Below, piece by piece: positions 1 to 13,691 of a stretch of DNA of 64,000 nt. Position 1 is the first letter of the stretch. Each line of letters begins with the position of its first letter. The DNA lies in contig NC_068982.1 of NCBI RefSeq assembly GCF_001194135.2, positions 126,831,911 through 126,895,910 of the forward strand, in the 5' to 3' direction. This stretch comes from Octopus bimaculoides. Taxonomy: Eukaryota. A program made the position numbers and the translations under genes. The notes under the pieces were generated by a model. It was given only the letters and a program-made list of their open reading frames with translations. It searched no databases and was not told where the DNA came from.

Positions 1-210
1 TAGCTGACAGAGTTGTTAGCACGCTGGATGAAATGCTTAGTGGTATTTTGCCTGTCGCTACGTTCTGAGTTCAAATTCTGCCAAGGGCAACTTAGCCTTT
101 CATCCTTTCGGCATTGATAGATCAAGTACCAGTTGAGTACTGGGGTCAATGTGATCGACTATCTCCCTCCCCACAAATTCCAGGCCTTGTGCCTATAGTA
201 GAAAGGATTA
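1..210 (+). mobile_element. tRNA-derived SINE, family B
   Basis: ctgacagagttgttagcacg ... gttctgagttcaaattc (B box) ... ttagcctttcatcc; matches the 23549 and 42602 copies. Confidence 0.85.
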
Positions 211-483
211 TTACTATTATTATGTGGATGTAATAATGATAGCCTAACAATTGCTGTCAAAAGTAGGGAGCAGCCGGTCAAATTGAAATAAAACTATTTG
301 GAATCCTCTTTAATTATTTGTTCTTCATTAATATTTCAACCACTCTTGTCTCAAATCAATTATTTTCTTGATGTGTAATAAAAAAGCTTAAGTTCAATAC
401 CAGTTGAATGCTGCATCTAAATGATGGTCAGACATTTGTGGAGTTAACATTTTGAGTGGCAAACAAGAATCACACACAATTAG

Positions 484-705
484 CCCTTTAAATACCAACC
501 TGCCTGAGATTGCTTCTGGCTCTTTGATACAAACTTCCTGTTTTTAAAGTGATCTAAATTAAAACTGTTCGTTTAAAATTTCATGTTGATTTTTTTATGT
601 TCCAAGCAGCAGCTTAACAATGATAGTTATTTTGATAAATTCTTTATTTTCAAGATGAATTCAACAAAGGCTGTATATTTGAACAGAAATATAGCAACAA
701 AAGGG
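484..705. mobile_element. TTAA-type (piggyBac-like) MITE
   Basis: ttag|CCCTTT...AAAGGG|ttaa termini. Confidence 0.6.
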
Positions 706-1574
706 TTAAGGCTAAAATGAAGGAATTCCAGAAATGCTTTGGTGTATTGTCTCTTTTTTATTCACTGACTTTGAGTAGTGCTATGGTTGCCTTACTCCAT
801 CAACTCACCAGTCAGGTGAACATGTACCATGAAAATCTTGTGATTGATTCAGCCTCTATTATTATTGGCCACACTGTTTATAAACTTTTAGAATTTCATC
901 AGGTCTGAATCTTGTAATTAATAGTTCTGAAAAGAGAATGGCAGCAATAGTTTGGATAATACTACTTTCCTTTCTCTTCACCAATATATGCAACATATGT
1001 TGGTTCTAACCACCACCCGCTCATACAAAAAAAAAAAAAGTACCCCTCTCTCCCCAATATTTCTATTTCTGCCCAATCACTGCTGTTAAGACCATATTCT
1101 TTCAAAATGATGTCTACTATTTTTCTATGTTATCTTGAAACACAACTTGCTAGAAATAGGAGCCAATATTCTTTCAGATCTGGAAAGGGAGGATAGATAG
1201 GATAATATAGTCCTAGACTAATGCAAAAATTGGATGCCTATGATTGAAATGCCTTTAACCACAGGCTTATTTGATAAGTGCCGACTTGAGAGTAAAACAA
1301 GATGTTACAAATTTGTATGCAAGGCCTTCATCTCCCTGTATCATCACAAAGTTATCAACTATTTCCAGTGAGCTTTCTGGGCATTTGAAAGAATTTTGTT
1401 GTATTGTTACTAAAACTTTCTATGTATCTGCTACATAAATTCTATCTTCTGTCAGCTGGCCTGTCATTTTACTGCATCTCTTATATGTCCATAGTTTACA
1501 CCAAATGAAGTTTCTACCAACTCTTCCCCCCCCCCCCCATCTGCATGTCGAGTACAGCTAGCATAACAAAATCT

Positions 1575-2270
1575 TGTCTAAATTTACTTTGAAAATTTTG
1601 ATTCTAGGATTTTTTTCCCCTCTACATCTGGAATTTCTTCTAAAATTTTCTACAGAATCTGCTGTAAGAATTAAGTCATCAGCATACAGGAGTTCCCCTG
1701 GGTAGTTAGTCTCTGTTATTGCTTGAAAAATTATAAGTAGGAGTGGACTGAGAAATGATTCTTAACAGACCCTTGCTGCTAACAGTAAGTTCATTACTGA
1801 ACTCGTTGCCGAGTGACTTTCGTACTTGGCTTTCATAAACCATTCATCTATGCCTAGTTTCCTTAGTGCTCACCAGATTACAGCGTGGGACTCTTTCAAA
1901 GCTGATAGTTGCTAAGTATAGGGTACATGCTCCCAGCTAAGTATTTTTCCAGTAATCTCACTAGAATGATGGCTATGGTAGTCCTTTGTGGTTCATAGCT
2001 GAACTATATCTTATCTATGTTAATTCTATTCTTGATTATAACAACTCTTTCTGTAAATTTCATAACCTATTCAACAATTTGATATCTCTGTAGTTTCCTC
2101 TCAGTGCATCAACATTGTCCTCGTAGCAGTGGATGAGGATACTGGTATGGCACTTCCCTGTATTACCTGATTGACTTTGCAAGTGGCTTGCATCTATTTT
2201 TACACCAGATAGTTTAAGCATCACAACAACTATCCCTGAGCAGCTGCTTTTTCTGAATGGCACTTAAGGC
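1575..2270 (-). mobile_element. Degenerate RTE-clade LINE reverse transcriptase fragment
   Basis: NYRDIKLL and ELLYADDLILTADS motifs on the minus strand, with stops and frameshifts. Confidence 0.85.
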
Positions 2271-3788
2271 CCTACTGCTGTCAGCTATATTCTGGTAAAG
2301 GATGTAAACATTGGTTTAGAAAACGAAAAGAAAGTGGTGCCCTTCGAATGAAGTACACTGTGGTACATATACCCTTTTGCCATTTTTTTATGTCAGAAAC
2401 CCAGTGAACTAGTGAATGATCTGTAGAAAACCTGTAGCAAACAGTGTTGTTGTTCACAAATTACACTCTCCTGTATCTGTTTGTCTTCTGTGTTTAATCA
2501 TCATTTATCGACAATGTTCTGTGCTTGCACTAGTTGTGAAGTTTGACATGATCCGAAAAGCCCAAGTGCATCATGCTCCAGTGTCTATTTTAGTATAGTT
2601 TCTCAGGCTGGATGCCCTTCCTAACACCAGTTGCTTTACAGCATGTAGTGGGTGCTGTTTTGTGCTACTAGTACTAGTGAGGGGGCAACTTTATGCTAGG
2701 TGAGAGGCAAAAAAATGGGTAAACATATGAGAGAAGGGGGCCAGTGCAGATCAGGTTTGTTGCTGCAGAGGAGCTACAGTTAGCTCTTCTCCTTCTAGAA
2801 GAGATGGGAGTGATCAGGTGAGTCCAGAAAGCAGTGGGGGTGTTGATGACTGTTAGTGCTGAGCAGCAAAATTTAAATGAAACAGTAGGCAGGAGAACGA
2901 GGAAGGAATGATGTTGGGTAGGTTGTAGGAGTGTGTGAGGAAAAGAGAGGCAGGTGTGTTGTATGAAGCCGGTGAGAGACATGTAAATATTATTTTCTGC
3001 CAAAATATGTTTACATATTGTCTAATAAGATCTCTTGTTGATTATTTACTTTCTTAAAGCTTACTCTGAATATTAATCATAGCAGGAGGCTGAAATAGTT
3101 TCACGCCACACGAAAGTATTGCTCATGGCTATCAGAGCAGCTGCTATGAATACACACACACACATGCACACAGTTCATTGTAAACTGCATCCCTTCCCAA
3201 AAGCCTAGCTGGCTGATTGGCAAACCTTCATTCACAAACGTGTTATAAAAACCACTAGCATTTCCAACAAGGTGACTACCCACACGTACACCTCTTTCTA
3301 CCATTATTACTGGTCCTTACTAGTTTTGAAGTAGCTGTATACTTTATTCATGCATCTCTCTTCTTTTCACTATTGTCACAACCCCCAACTTTCCATCATC
3401 AAATTCCAAATACTTCACTAGATGGGTTTCATGGAAATAGATTTTCTATCCATATTTCAACATTTCAATCTTAAGAATTTCTGTTGAACATCAAGTATAT
3501 GTATCTCAGCAATCTCTGAGAGCCTGCAAATGCTTTGGAATCTTGCAGTGGTTAAAAAAATTTAATTCTGTGTGATTTTTTAAATATCTTGCAGTGCCTA
3601 TGCTTAGATGTGAGTTGACTCCTATTTAAAACAAGCAAATTTCTTGCTATCCATAGTTCCCAATTTTCAAGTGCATAATTCATCTAGATTATTTGCTGGT
3701 TTGGTTCTCTCCTTGTTTTATGTAGTTTCACTTCACAAGCATTTGATTTGCATATTTAAACTAGATTAGTCTTACAGAATTGATAGAC

Positions 3789-3853
3789 CTCTCTCTCTCT
3801 TTCTCTCTCTCTCTCTCTTTCTCTTTCTTTCTCTCTCTCTCTCTCTTTCTCTT

Positions 3854-3922
<69 letters not shown>

Positions 3923-3950
3923 TTCTCTCTCTCTTTCTCTNNNNNNNNNN

Positions 3951-4029
<79 letters not shown>
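3789..4029. repeat. (TC)n/(TTTC)n microsatellite
   Basis: Direct reading; accounts for ORFs 3756-4103 and 3780-4034. Confidence 0.98.
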
Positions 4030-4031
<2 letters not shown>

Positions 4032-7000
4032 TAACATTAAATATACCAAAAATATATTTGATGTTAGTTCATTATTACTGCAGTGAGGAACAGCTATTTC
4101 CAATATTGCACAGAGAAAAAATATTGCAGGAAATTTGTAGGTAAAGGGGAAATTTATTAGAAATATTACGTTTTCACTATGTTTTGAATAAATTAAATAT
4201 TTTAAACATAATATAATAATTTTAATGATTAATAGTTTTTAACTTGTATAACATTTTGAGACTCTCATCCTACATCACCCTGTCTGAAATCCTCTTCCTT
4301 GGTGACTGCAGTGTCTCAGTGTTGGTGCTCACATTCTTTCCACACCAGTACTTCCAGTACAGAAGCTGGATCTTTAACCAATGTTCTTGCATTATCTTTC
4401 ATCATGAATGACCTTATTTAATGCACTCTCTCTCTAGGCACCTTTTTCCTCATCAAATCCTGCCTTTACTACTACAGTTTCTGTGCCTATTGGATCCCCT
4501 GATCACTGCCTACTCAAGGCCACCCCTTACCTTTCGGACCCTGTGGCGCTTCAGTTCAGTTAACTAGCAAGAGCTCTTCCAGTTTTACACTAATTATCTC
4601 TTGCTTCAAATATACATTACTCTGTCCCCACTGGAAACAGCTAACCTAGTAACTGAAGCCTGTGCCTGCCCATTTTGTTACACAGCCAAAATACTGAGTT
4701 GTTTACTTACAGCTGTACTGTCACAGTATATGGGAAGAACATAACTTATAGTATACCTGGAGAAACTCGCCCATCTCTACAACTGGATTGCTTTAACACT
4801 CGCCCCTGCAGCTACACAAGACTACACTATGAAGATGCATTGCATAGCATGCAAGTACTGTTGTCTCTTGAACTAAAATTAATTCTTCTCCTTAGATTGG
4901 TTTCTTGTCATTTGGTGGAATCCTATTTCTTGCCACTCTTCAAACATTGGCTTTGTAAGATATCTTTTCCTAAAGCGATCTTCCACATTTGCTGTCTGCT
5001 TTACTTTATATTCCATAATATTCACCCTTGTTAAGAGACTTCCCACAAAACTTACCTTCTTCATTCCACAAGTCTTACCACCACATAGACATACACATCT
5101 GGTGGAGTTAAAACAAAAAGGTCATGTTTCTTTTATTCAAACAAGGTCAGTAACTCTTTCATTATCCTCAGTCAGTGAACTGTAGAGCAGCCCCTATACT
5201 TCACAAAGTCTTTCACTTTTGTCTTACTATAAGGATCTGTTCTTACCTTTTGGAAACATTCTATTGTGTGTTCAATCCCCAAGAAGGTTACCTACTCTAA
5301 CTCTGTTGGCTGTTGATCTATCACTCTTACTAGGTCTTGAGATGAGGGAAACTTTGAGTTTCTGTTCCTCCTTTTTGACCATTCTTCCAAAGGGAAGAAG
5401 TGGTGAGTCTCAAACTATTTGGTTGTAAAGTGTTGGTGAACGAATCTACTAAATGCACTTATAGGATGTGTGGGTAGCAATGACAGTACTCTAATGTGGG
5501 TTACACTTGAGATTTGTACAGGGTCAACAGCTTTGACACTTAAAAAGTGATTTTACAAATGTATTGTATGTGTAATAAGATAAGATAAATATATATTTGA
5601 TTGCGTCAGTACAAAAGTAATAATTTAAGATCAAATCGTGACATGTTATTGTTGCGACTAGTTTAAAAAAAAAAAATCTTTTTTTCCCCACCAACTGTTG
5701 CAGAATTTCTATTGTACATTCACTGAATGCTTTCTAAGATGTTATTTAACTTCCATATGGTGTTGAGTTTATTAGGTAAGTTGAGACTACCAGAATTGCA
5801 ACGTCTTTATAAGACACCAGTTCTATTTTATAGCCATGCCAATAGTTGTTATTTAGCTTATGTCAATTCTAATTGAACCATAATCAATCTAGCACTGACC
5901 ATTCGGCTCTTGTTTTTTTTTCTCTTCTTCCTTTCTTTTGGGTGCGTTTAGTGAGGCATGTCTGTATGGTTGAGAAGTTTGCTTTGCAGGCATGTGGTGT
6001 TTTGGTTCAGTCCCATTCTGCAGTACCTTGGATTAGTATTATAGCTATGGGTTGGTCAAAGCCTTGTATGTGGATTTGGTAGACAGGAATTGAAAGAAGC
6101 CCTGTGCGTGTTTGTGTGTGTGTGTACATTAGCACTTCTTCAAAAATTGCTGAGCTGCATGCAGTAATGTTATCATTTTCCTCTGTCAACAAATCATCCA
6201 CTGGCTTTACACCTTTGAAGATTTATGGAATAAGAGATCCTTTACTTGAAAACAGGTAAGGCTTAGCAATAAGACTGGCATCTGGCTGTAAAACCTGTTT
6301 TTGGTAATATATTCATGTAATCCATGTGAGCTTAGAAAAACAGATGTAATAATGAATAAATGAAATGAACAAGTGCCCTTTTTTTTCTTTTTTTTTTTAA
6401 TTATTTTTAACCCCCATTCAGATGTTGGGGTTTGATTTGAGTGATATTTGGTTTGGGCTCCTTCATATTCTTTTGTGATTAACTGAGAATCAGGAATTTG
6501 AAATATATAGAATTGTCTGGCTTGATTTGTCTTTAGCACAGCTTGTTCTATAAATGTACCTTTTTTCTAATATAAAATAAATATTTGTCTTCAGGCAGTA
6601 TATCCCGAGTGATGTGCATTGCTGCTAGTTTCCACAACCAACAATTTGGAATAATTTTTTCTTGTTAGTTTTTTTTCTTTTTGTTTTTGGCAGCTGTTAC
6701 TTGTTGTAAGCTTTGAGATCCAGTTTAAGATCTTATTAACTTGGTTTCCTTCAGGCTTAAAGTTTTGCTGTGCAGGAATCAAGGTGGAGAGGTTTAGGTT
6801 GAGGCTTGGTATAGAGTGACATCTTTGGCTTTAACTTGTGCTTGCTTGACCTTGATGTGAATGCAGGATTTTCTTCTCGTTGCAGCAACATTCTTCGTAT
6901 CTTTTGCAATCTTGTAAACATCTTCTGAACAACTGACCTTTGCATAACTTAGATAACCTTTCTTCACTTTGATCTATTAAATAGAATGTAATTTCGTTTG

Positions 7001-8849
7001 ATTGTGAACCAAAGTCTATGAATATAATTTTGTTGGTGATTTTGTTTATATAATTTATAATGATTTGGATTATGTTTTGACTGATATAAATTAAAACCTC
7101 CAAAATAAAGACACTTGAGGAAAATATACCTTAAGTTAACAATTCAAAATTGATTGATAGCAATAATAATTTTCTGATATAGGCACAAGGCCCGACATTA
7201 TTTTAATTCCTGTACTTGAGTGGTACTTTGTTTCATCAATCCTGAAAAGAGGGAAGGAAGTGCCACTGACCTTTTACAGGGCTTCCAAGAACAGTCGGAG
7301 AAGTTATGCCTAATTTAATCAACTTGCACAAAATTCAGAGGCATTTCCAAGAACAGGGCATAATTCTTTATAAACTATCCTTGAAAGCTTATGTAGTACT
7401 TCTTCCCTGTTGAAATGTCCCAGAAAATTAGGGTTTAAGTTACTGGCAAGTGATAGTCTGTGTGCTACAGTGCCCCTTAAAATTCACTGCAAAACCTCTC
7501 TCTTACAAAACTGCTTCCCGGAGTTTTTAGGAACATTCTACGGTAATGATGCATATCAATAGTGTTTACCGTAAGAGAAAAATTGATGTGCCCATGACTT
7601 TTGTAGGCCCTCCAAGATTGGTGGGATTGGTACCATTAATGTTCCTTTTGGTATCTTTGTAAGTTAACACAGAGCTGATATTTTGAGATGATTTGTCTGT
7701 GGGCTGGGGTTTTGAACACAACAAATGTGATGAAAGGACCAAATATAATTTATACATTCCTGTTTCTCCGTCATATTTTAATCTCTCATCTCCTGGCATA
7801 AAACCACCTTCCTCAGTATTACACCTTCTCAGTTGTGGATCCTGGTTTGCAAGTTACTTAGTGACCTCACCAGTGTCACATAAAAAGCACCCAGTGCACT
7901 TTGCAAAGTGGTTGGCATTAGGAATGGCCTCCAGCCATTGAATCCATGCCTAAGCAGTCATTGGGGCTTGGCACAGTCCTCTAGCTCTGCTGTTTCTGTT
8001 GAACCATCCAAGCCACGTCAACAACGGATTATTTTATCATTGCATTTGATGTCTGTGACATTAAATGGTGGTAATGATAATGAAATAATCTGTTATTGAT
8101 TAAATAGTCAATTCACTTTTAAAATCCTCAGATTGCCATTAACCCAACACAAAGAAGTCATAGAGAAGACATTCCTTCACAACCAGTAGAAACTTGTTAA
8201 CCTTGAACAGAATGTTTCAATCTCGGCGCATGTAAACAACATTGAACAATGGTAGTGAAGTAATTATTTCCAGAAGAGTGGAGTGGGAAAAACTGTTAAT
8301 ATAGTTCTCTTTTGAAATTATCAGAAGCTACTGCACCCAATCAGCCATCCTCATGACTCAAATCCATTGACTATTTAATTTTTGTTTATTCTAATTTGTA
8401 TTTTATATGATAATTATGGAAATGAATTGCTTTGTGAAATTAAAAAAAGAAAGATAAACTGAATGAAACTAGGGCATTTTTGCCATAAATATAACAATGG
8501 CTATGGCTAAAATGATAAGTTGCATGAAATATTAATAGGTTTATAGTTAAGATGTTTTTTTACTGGTATTTACCTACAATTAGAGCTGGTTTGTTTAGGT
8601 ACAATGAATCTGTAAAAGATTTAAGAACCTTTTTTGAGTTAGATGTGAAACATCACTGATATTTCAATAAATAAGGAAGTAGTTGATGTTTTATGAAACC
8701 TGTGTAAATTCACAATTTTAGAATTAACTTGAAAAATAGTGGTGGAATATTTTAGTTCGAAATCTCTACAGAAATAAGTAAATTTTGCATGTTTCTAGAT
8801 CTTCTATTAAAGTTTGCATATATTATCATGCCTTGATATTTTGTGGACT

Positions 8850-11200
8850 GGGTTTCTGTTAGTAAGGCTCTGCTATTAAATAAAATGCTTGACACGTTTA
8901 GTATACAAACTGGGAGGCAGCTTTGGTTCTGTGAGGATATTAGATTTGATGTGTATATAAACAAATTGGCTACTTTGTTTCCCTGGAAATAATCAAATGA
9001 TGTAGGCACATGAGGAAACCCTAATTGATTTAAGTCTGTTCATGATTTTTCGATCTATGGAGAAATAGGCAAATTTGCCATGTTTGAATGCCTTTAATAT
9101 CAATAATAAATGGGTTAATGTTTTTTTATTGGGAATTTACTAAGTTTCGTATGAATACATAAAATGGCCTCATTGTGGAGAAGGCTGAAATTTTTTCTTT
9201 TCTTAAAGAAGAGTCAGCCAAAACTGAAGTGTCTTTTAAGCTTGTACTCCTTACAAACAATGAAATACAGTAATCTTGAATCATACATGTACTTAGGATT
9301 TCATTTATTTTTAGGTCATGTTTGTGTTGTGTGATGATGTAATTCTAGCACATAGTGTTCACATCTTCACATTAAGCAGGCTACCATGCTTTTAATTTCG
9401 ACTGATTCCTTATTATCATTGAGCCACTGAATACATTGTAACAAGACCCCTTCTTTCCTCAGGCAGCTTGATTTTTGATAACTTAATTGTGTAGAATTCA
9501 TCCACTTTATGATCAATTTCATCCAAACCAACATTATTAATAGAATTCAGATGCTATTTAAAAGCTCTTTATGTTTCCTAATTAAATGTCCTTTGTAAGG
9601 TTCTCCTTTAAAATATGTGCATGACCAATTTGAATTTTGACCAAAGAGAAAATGTTATTTGAGCACACCAAACAAGCTCCAAAACTTCCTTTTAGCTCTT
9701 TAACATTCCAGTTACTCTATCAAATATAATGCTTATTTATTCACATTATTTTGAATTAATTATGCATTATCTTGTGGCTTTAAAATTTCAATGATGTGAT
9801 TGTTTATTATTAGAATAACATTGTAGGGGAAGTGTGAGAAGTGTGCTCTGGCCTGTTGGGACATAAAACGGGTAGAATATATCTGGGTGGATATGGCCAG
9901 TTTAAATAGTAAAGGGTTAATATTTGAGTATCTGGTTTCTGTTAACTTGATAGAGTTCAAAATTGCTGTTTTGTAATTATATTTCTGATATAGTCTTTTC
10001 ACTTGCATCATTTGTTAAGATCACCTTTTTTTTTGTGCCTTTATAAATCTGGACCAAAGGCTTTGATACTAATATCACATTTTTTATACTTGAATGACTT
10101 CTGTTGTTGAACACCCTATTTACAAAGTGGTGCAAGCAGCAATATGCAGGCCAAATAATGAAAAATATATCAGCCATAGGAAAAGATTCTAATTGCTTAT
10201 CTTTTACTGGATTTAAAGTTCTCACTACTGAATGATAGTCTTGTAATATACCCTCTTTTGTCAGTCTGTATCCTTCCAGTAAGATAATTCTAACATGGAC
10301 ATAGAGCCATCAGGAATAGTACACAATCAAACTAACTGTTCTATGGTCTTATCTACTTTGATATTTAAACAGTTACATTATCAGCATCCCCATCATTTAA
10401 TGTCTGCTTTCCATGCTGTCAAGGGTTAGGTGGTTTGACTGGAACTGATAGGCCGAAGAGCTGCACCAGGTTCCAATCTGATTTGGCATGGTTTCTATGG
10501 CTGAATGCCCTTCCTAATGCCAACCACTCAGTGTAAAGGCTGCCATTTACTTGACACTGGCAACAACCTCAACTATGGTTTCATTTGGCTTGACAAGTCT
10601 TCTAAAGCACAGAATATTGCCAAGGGCTTGTTCCTCTTAAGATATCTATCCTCATCATTTAACATTTGTTTTCCATGCTGGCATGGATTAGATGGCTTGA
10701 CCAGAGCTGGTAAGCCAGAGAGCTGTTTTGACTTGGTTTCTATGGCTAGATACCCTTCCTAACATCAACTACTTTAGTGTGTGTACTGGGTACTTTTTTA
10801 AGTGTCACCAGCATAGGTGCCTTTTGTGCAGGCACCGTTGGTGTGTCTATGAAAATCTTTATTGCTTCCATCTGGTATGATCCTTCTAAACTCAATTTAG
10901 CAAATATAATCCTTCTCAGAAAAAGAATGAAATCTCTATTAATCATCTAAACAAATTTTCTTAAATACGCCTATTCTATAGTCTCCACATTCCTGGAAAT
11001 TTCCACCTGCCTTTCAACAGTCACTTAAAAAAAAAGACGCGTTCCTTCTAGCAGGAGTTTCTAAAAGACATTCATTAATTAGTGTATTTTGCTTCGTTAT
11101 CATTAATGGTATAACGTGTGTGTACATTAGTCCATTAGTGATGATTATGTCACTCAGTGTCTGATTCAGATTAACAGTATCCTCAAGTAAATTTGCTAAA
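8850..11200 (-). mobile_element. Possible highly decayed hAT transposase, interrupted by a MITE and SINEs
   Basis: Motifs in the expected order on the minus strand: INDN, IWPAYCCLHHFVN (CxxH-like), TETRYS (TRW-like), and weak dimerisation-like text near 8900. Confidence 0.3.
9696..9916. mobile_element. TTAA-type MITE, family shared with 29234, 42588 and 46651
   Basis: Shared internal gcttatttattcacatt.ttttgaattaa..atgcattatct and terminal aaagggttaa. Confidence 0.75.
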
Positions 11201-11256
11201 ACAGTTGTACCTACTTTCAAGACTTGGTTTGAGAACTAATTGCCCTTCCAATTTGT

Positions 11257-12074
11257 TGTTGTGGACACCTCCAAGTGAGAAGTGGGCTATTCCACTACTG
11301 ATAAATAGTGGACAGACATGGCAAGCAGCGTCAGTCACCGAAGATATGCCATTTGGGCCAGTCTCACAGACGAGGAAATATATCGTCATAATGTGGAACA
11401 TATCAGTGGCGATGAGGATACCTCCCACTGTATAATGGTGTCATTATAACAGTGGTAATGAGGTTACAAACACTCGTAGGAGTGTCGAAATGGAAGAACT
11501 ACACACAGGGAAAAATATTAAAAATCCCGAAGTAGGATTTGAACCACACACAGTGAAAAATATATAAATTCTATTGATAAGACTCTGAAGGAAAAAGTAT
11601 TTGATAACACTGGAACTCTAACTCAGAACTGAACTACACACAGTGAAAAATAATATAAATCTGTTTGAAGGATTTTAGTCAGGTCGCTATGTTAGTAGCG
11701 CTATCAGTAACGATGTAGACTAATACTACCTGCGGCATTCAGAAGAGAAAAATAATAAGTCCCTGTGCAGGATTTTAGTCAGGTCGCTATTTGTTAGTAG
11801 TGCTACCGGTAACAATGAAGACTAGTACTACCTGCAGCAGAAAAAAATCTCAAAGTGGGGAGGTGTTGTGGCAGACAGCCCCAAGTGGGAAGTGAGCTGT
11901 TCCACTACTGATAAATAGTGGACAGACACAGCAAGCAGTGTCAGTCGGCGAGGTACACATTTCAGGCTAGTCACATAGATGACGAATTACAACGTCATAA
12001 TGTGAGACATATCATCACTGTTTCATTCACCCTTGTATCAACTGACATTGCTATGTCAGTCATTAAGAATAACA
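11257..12074 (+). mobile_element. TRIM-like non-autonomous LTR element
   Basis: Two diverged direct repeats of about 195 and 211 bp (11257-11451, 11864-12074), each TGTTGTGG...ATAACA; TGG at 11453 after the 5' repeat; purine tract AAAGTGGGGAGG directly before the 3' repeat; no ORF; no TSD seen. Confidence 0.6.
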
Positions 12075-12749
12075 TCTTCCTGCACTATTTTCTAAAGTGG
12101 AGTAACTATCATATAGCTTTCATAGTGTGATACTTTCAGCCTCTCATATTTCAAGTAGCTTTGTATGCATTGCATTCCAAATTGAAAACTGTAGACTCGG
12201 ACTGTTTTGTGTACATTTTCCTGAAAATTGGTCCCAAGAAAAAAAATTTAGAACTTCAGAATTTAATATGATTAGATGGATGTAGTTTATTTGTCAATTA
12301 TCTATTAAGATAATTAGTGATTTGTGTCTATCTCTCTGTTTGTCCATCTCCTGTGTCTAAATTTCATGGGAAAGCCGACAGATAATTTAATTAGCTGAAT
12401 ATTGAATAGAAGTATTTAAACATTTAACTGTCTTATTATAAATTGTGTACATATTTGTTTCATTTAACATTTTTTTCATGGTATCAGTTTAAATTGAGGC
12501 AGAAATTTTATGGTTGACACCCTTCATGTTACCAATGTTTATTTGTTTTTCAAGTAAGGGATTTTTTTGAATTTCAGAAGCAGAGTTAGCTGACAAATTG
12601 TTGGCAGGAGATGGCAACAGATATCGCCAATATGTAGCTGAGCTGCGAATGGTGTTGTCACCATCTGTGGCCAGTACTCTGCATAGTTTTTATAAAGATG
12701 AATGTTGCATGCATGCACACACATACACACACATATATATACATAGATA

Positions 12750-13651
12750 CATGAGGGGGTACCCAAAAGAAACCGGAATTTTGCAATATTTTATTCACTT
12801 AGTTTTACATGTTTACACTTTCATCACCTTCAGACTATTTTCCATTGGAAGTATTGCATCGATCCAGATATGTTTTCCATTGTTTGAAGCAGTGCTGGAA
12901 CTCTTGCAAAGTGATGCCTTTTTAACGCCTCTATTTTTTACTTTGCCTCTCCCACATCAGTAAATTCTGTAGCACCAGCTTTCGTCACAAGTGATGACCT
13001 TCAAAAAAGAAAAAAAAAAAGCTCTGGATCAATTTCCAATAGTTGTTTTAGTTCACGACATGCATTCAGTTGTGACTGTTCTTGATCTTCTGTGAGCAAA
13101 CCAGACACAAACTTTGATGCAACTCTTTTCATTTGCAATTCTTCACTTGAAAATTGTTGGGAGGCAATCCAGGACACACCAGTCATATCAAAAAGTTCAT
13201 TAATTGTTTGGTGATGATCCGCCAAGATGGGTTTATAAATTTTCATTGTTTTCAATTGTTTGGGAGGTCGATGGACACCCTGAATGAGGTTGGTCTTGAA
13301 GTGACCACTCCTAAAGTGTGAAAACCGTTCATAAACTTGTCTTCCTCATCATGGCAGTGCCTTCGTAAGCTGTTTAAAACATGACAACTATTTGTCCATC
13401 ATTTTCCCCCAGCAGAAAACCGAATTTCATGGAAGCACGCTGTTCCTTCATTTCAGCCATTACAAGAATTGATAAACGGGGAAGCACTGCAAAGCTAAGA
13501 TGCACCACATGGCAGTAGGACTATACTTTATGCCGCTGGTCAACATACTGATGCCTGAGAGTTGCATCAAGAGGCTTCTAGCAGTGGAAGCCAGAACTAC
13601 AATGGGTTTGTTCCGCAGAAGATGTTTCTGATTACTTTTGGATACCCCATC
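12750..13651 (-). mobile_element. Internally deleted mariner transposon
   Basis: TA-flanked TIRs (catgagggggtacccaaaag / cttttggataccccatc); MAEMKEQRASMKF, KRVASKFV...LLT, VITCDESWCY and CFKQW motifs, with stops, frameshifts and loss of the central catalytic region. Confidence 0.9.
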
Positions 13652-13691
13652 TAATATATAAAGGAATTTGAATAACAAAACAATAAACAAC

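Noticed and set aside
3756-4103. ER/SL-rich ORFs
   Set aside because: Translation of a (TC)n microsatellite.
4680-5450. Possible L1/Tx1-like 3' remnant with an acagctgtaag motif
   Set aside because: Only a weak C-terminal resemblance; CTGANGA core absent.
6591-7103. Overlapping K/Q-rich minus-strand ORFs, possibly a PLE N-terminus
   Set aside because: No diagnostic motif I can support without a search.
9400-9560. Coding-looking minus frame HLNSINNVGLDEIDHK...
   Set aside because: Weak acceptor, no partner exons, and it lies inside the suspected decayed transposase region.
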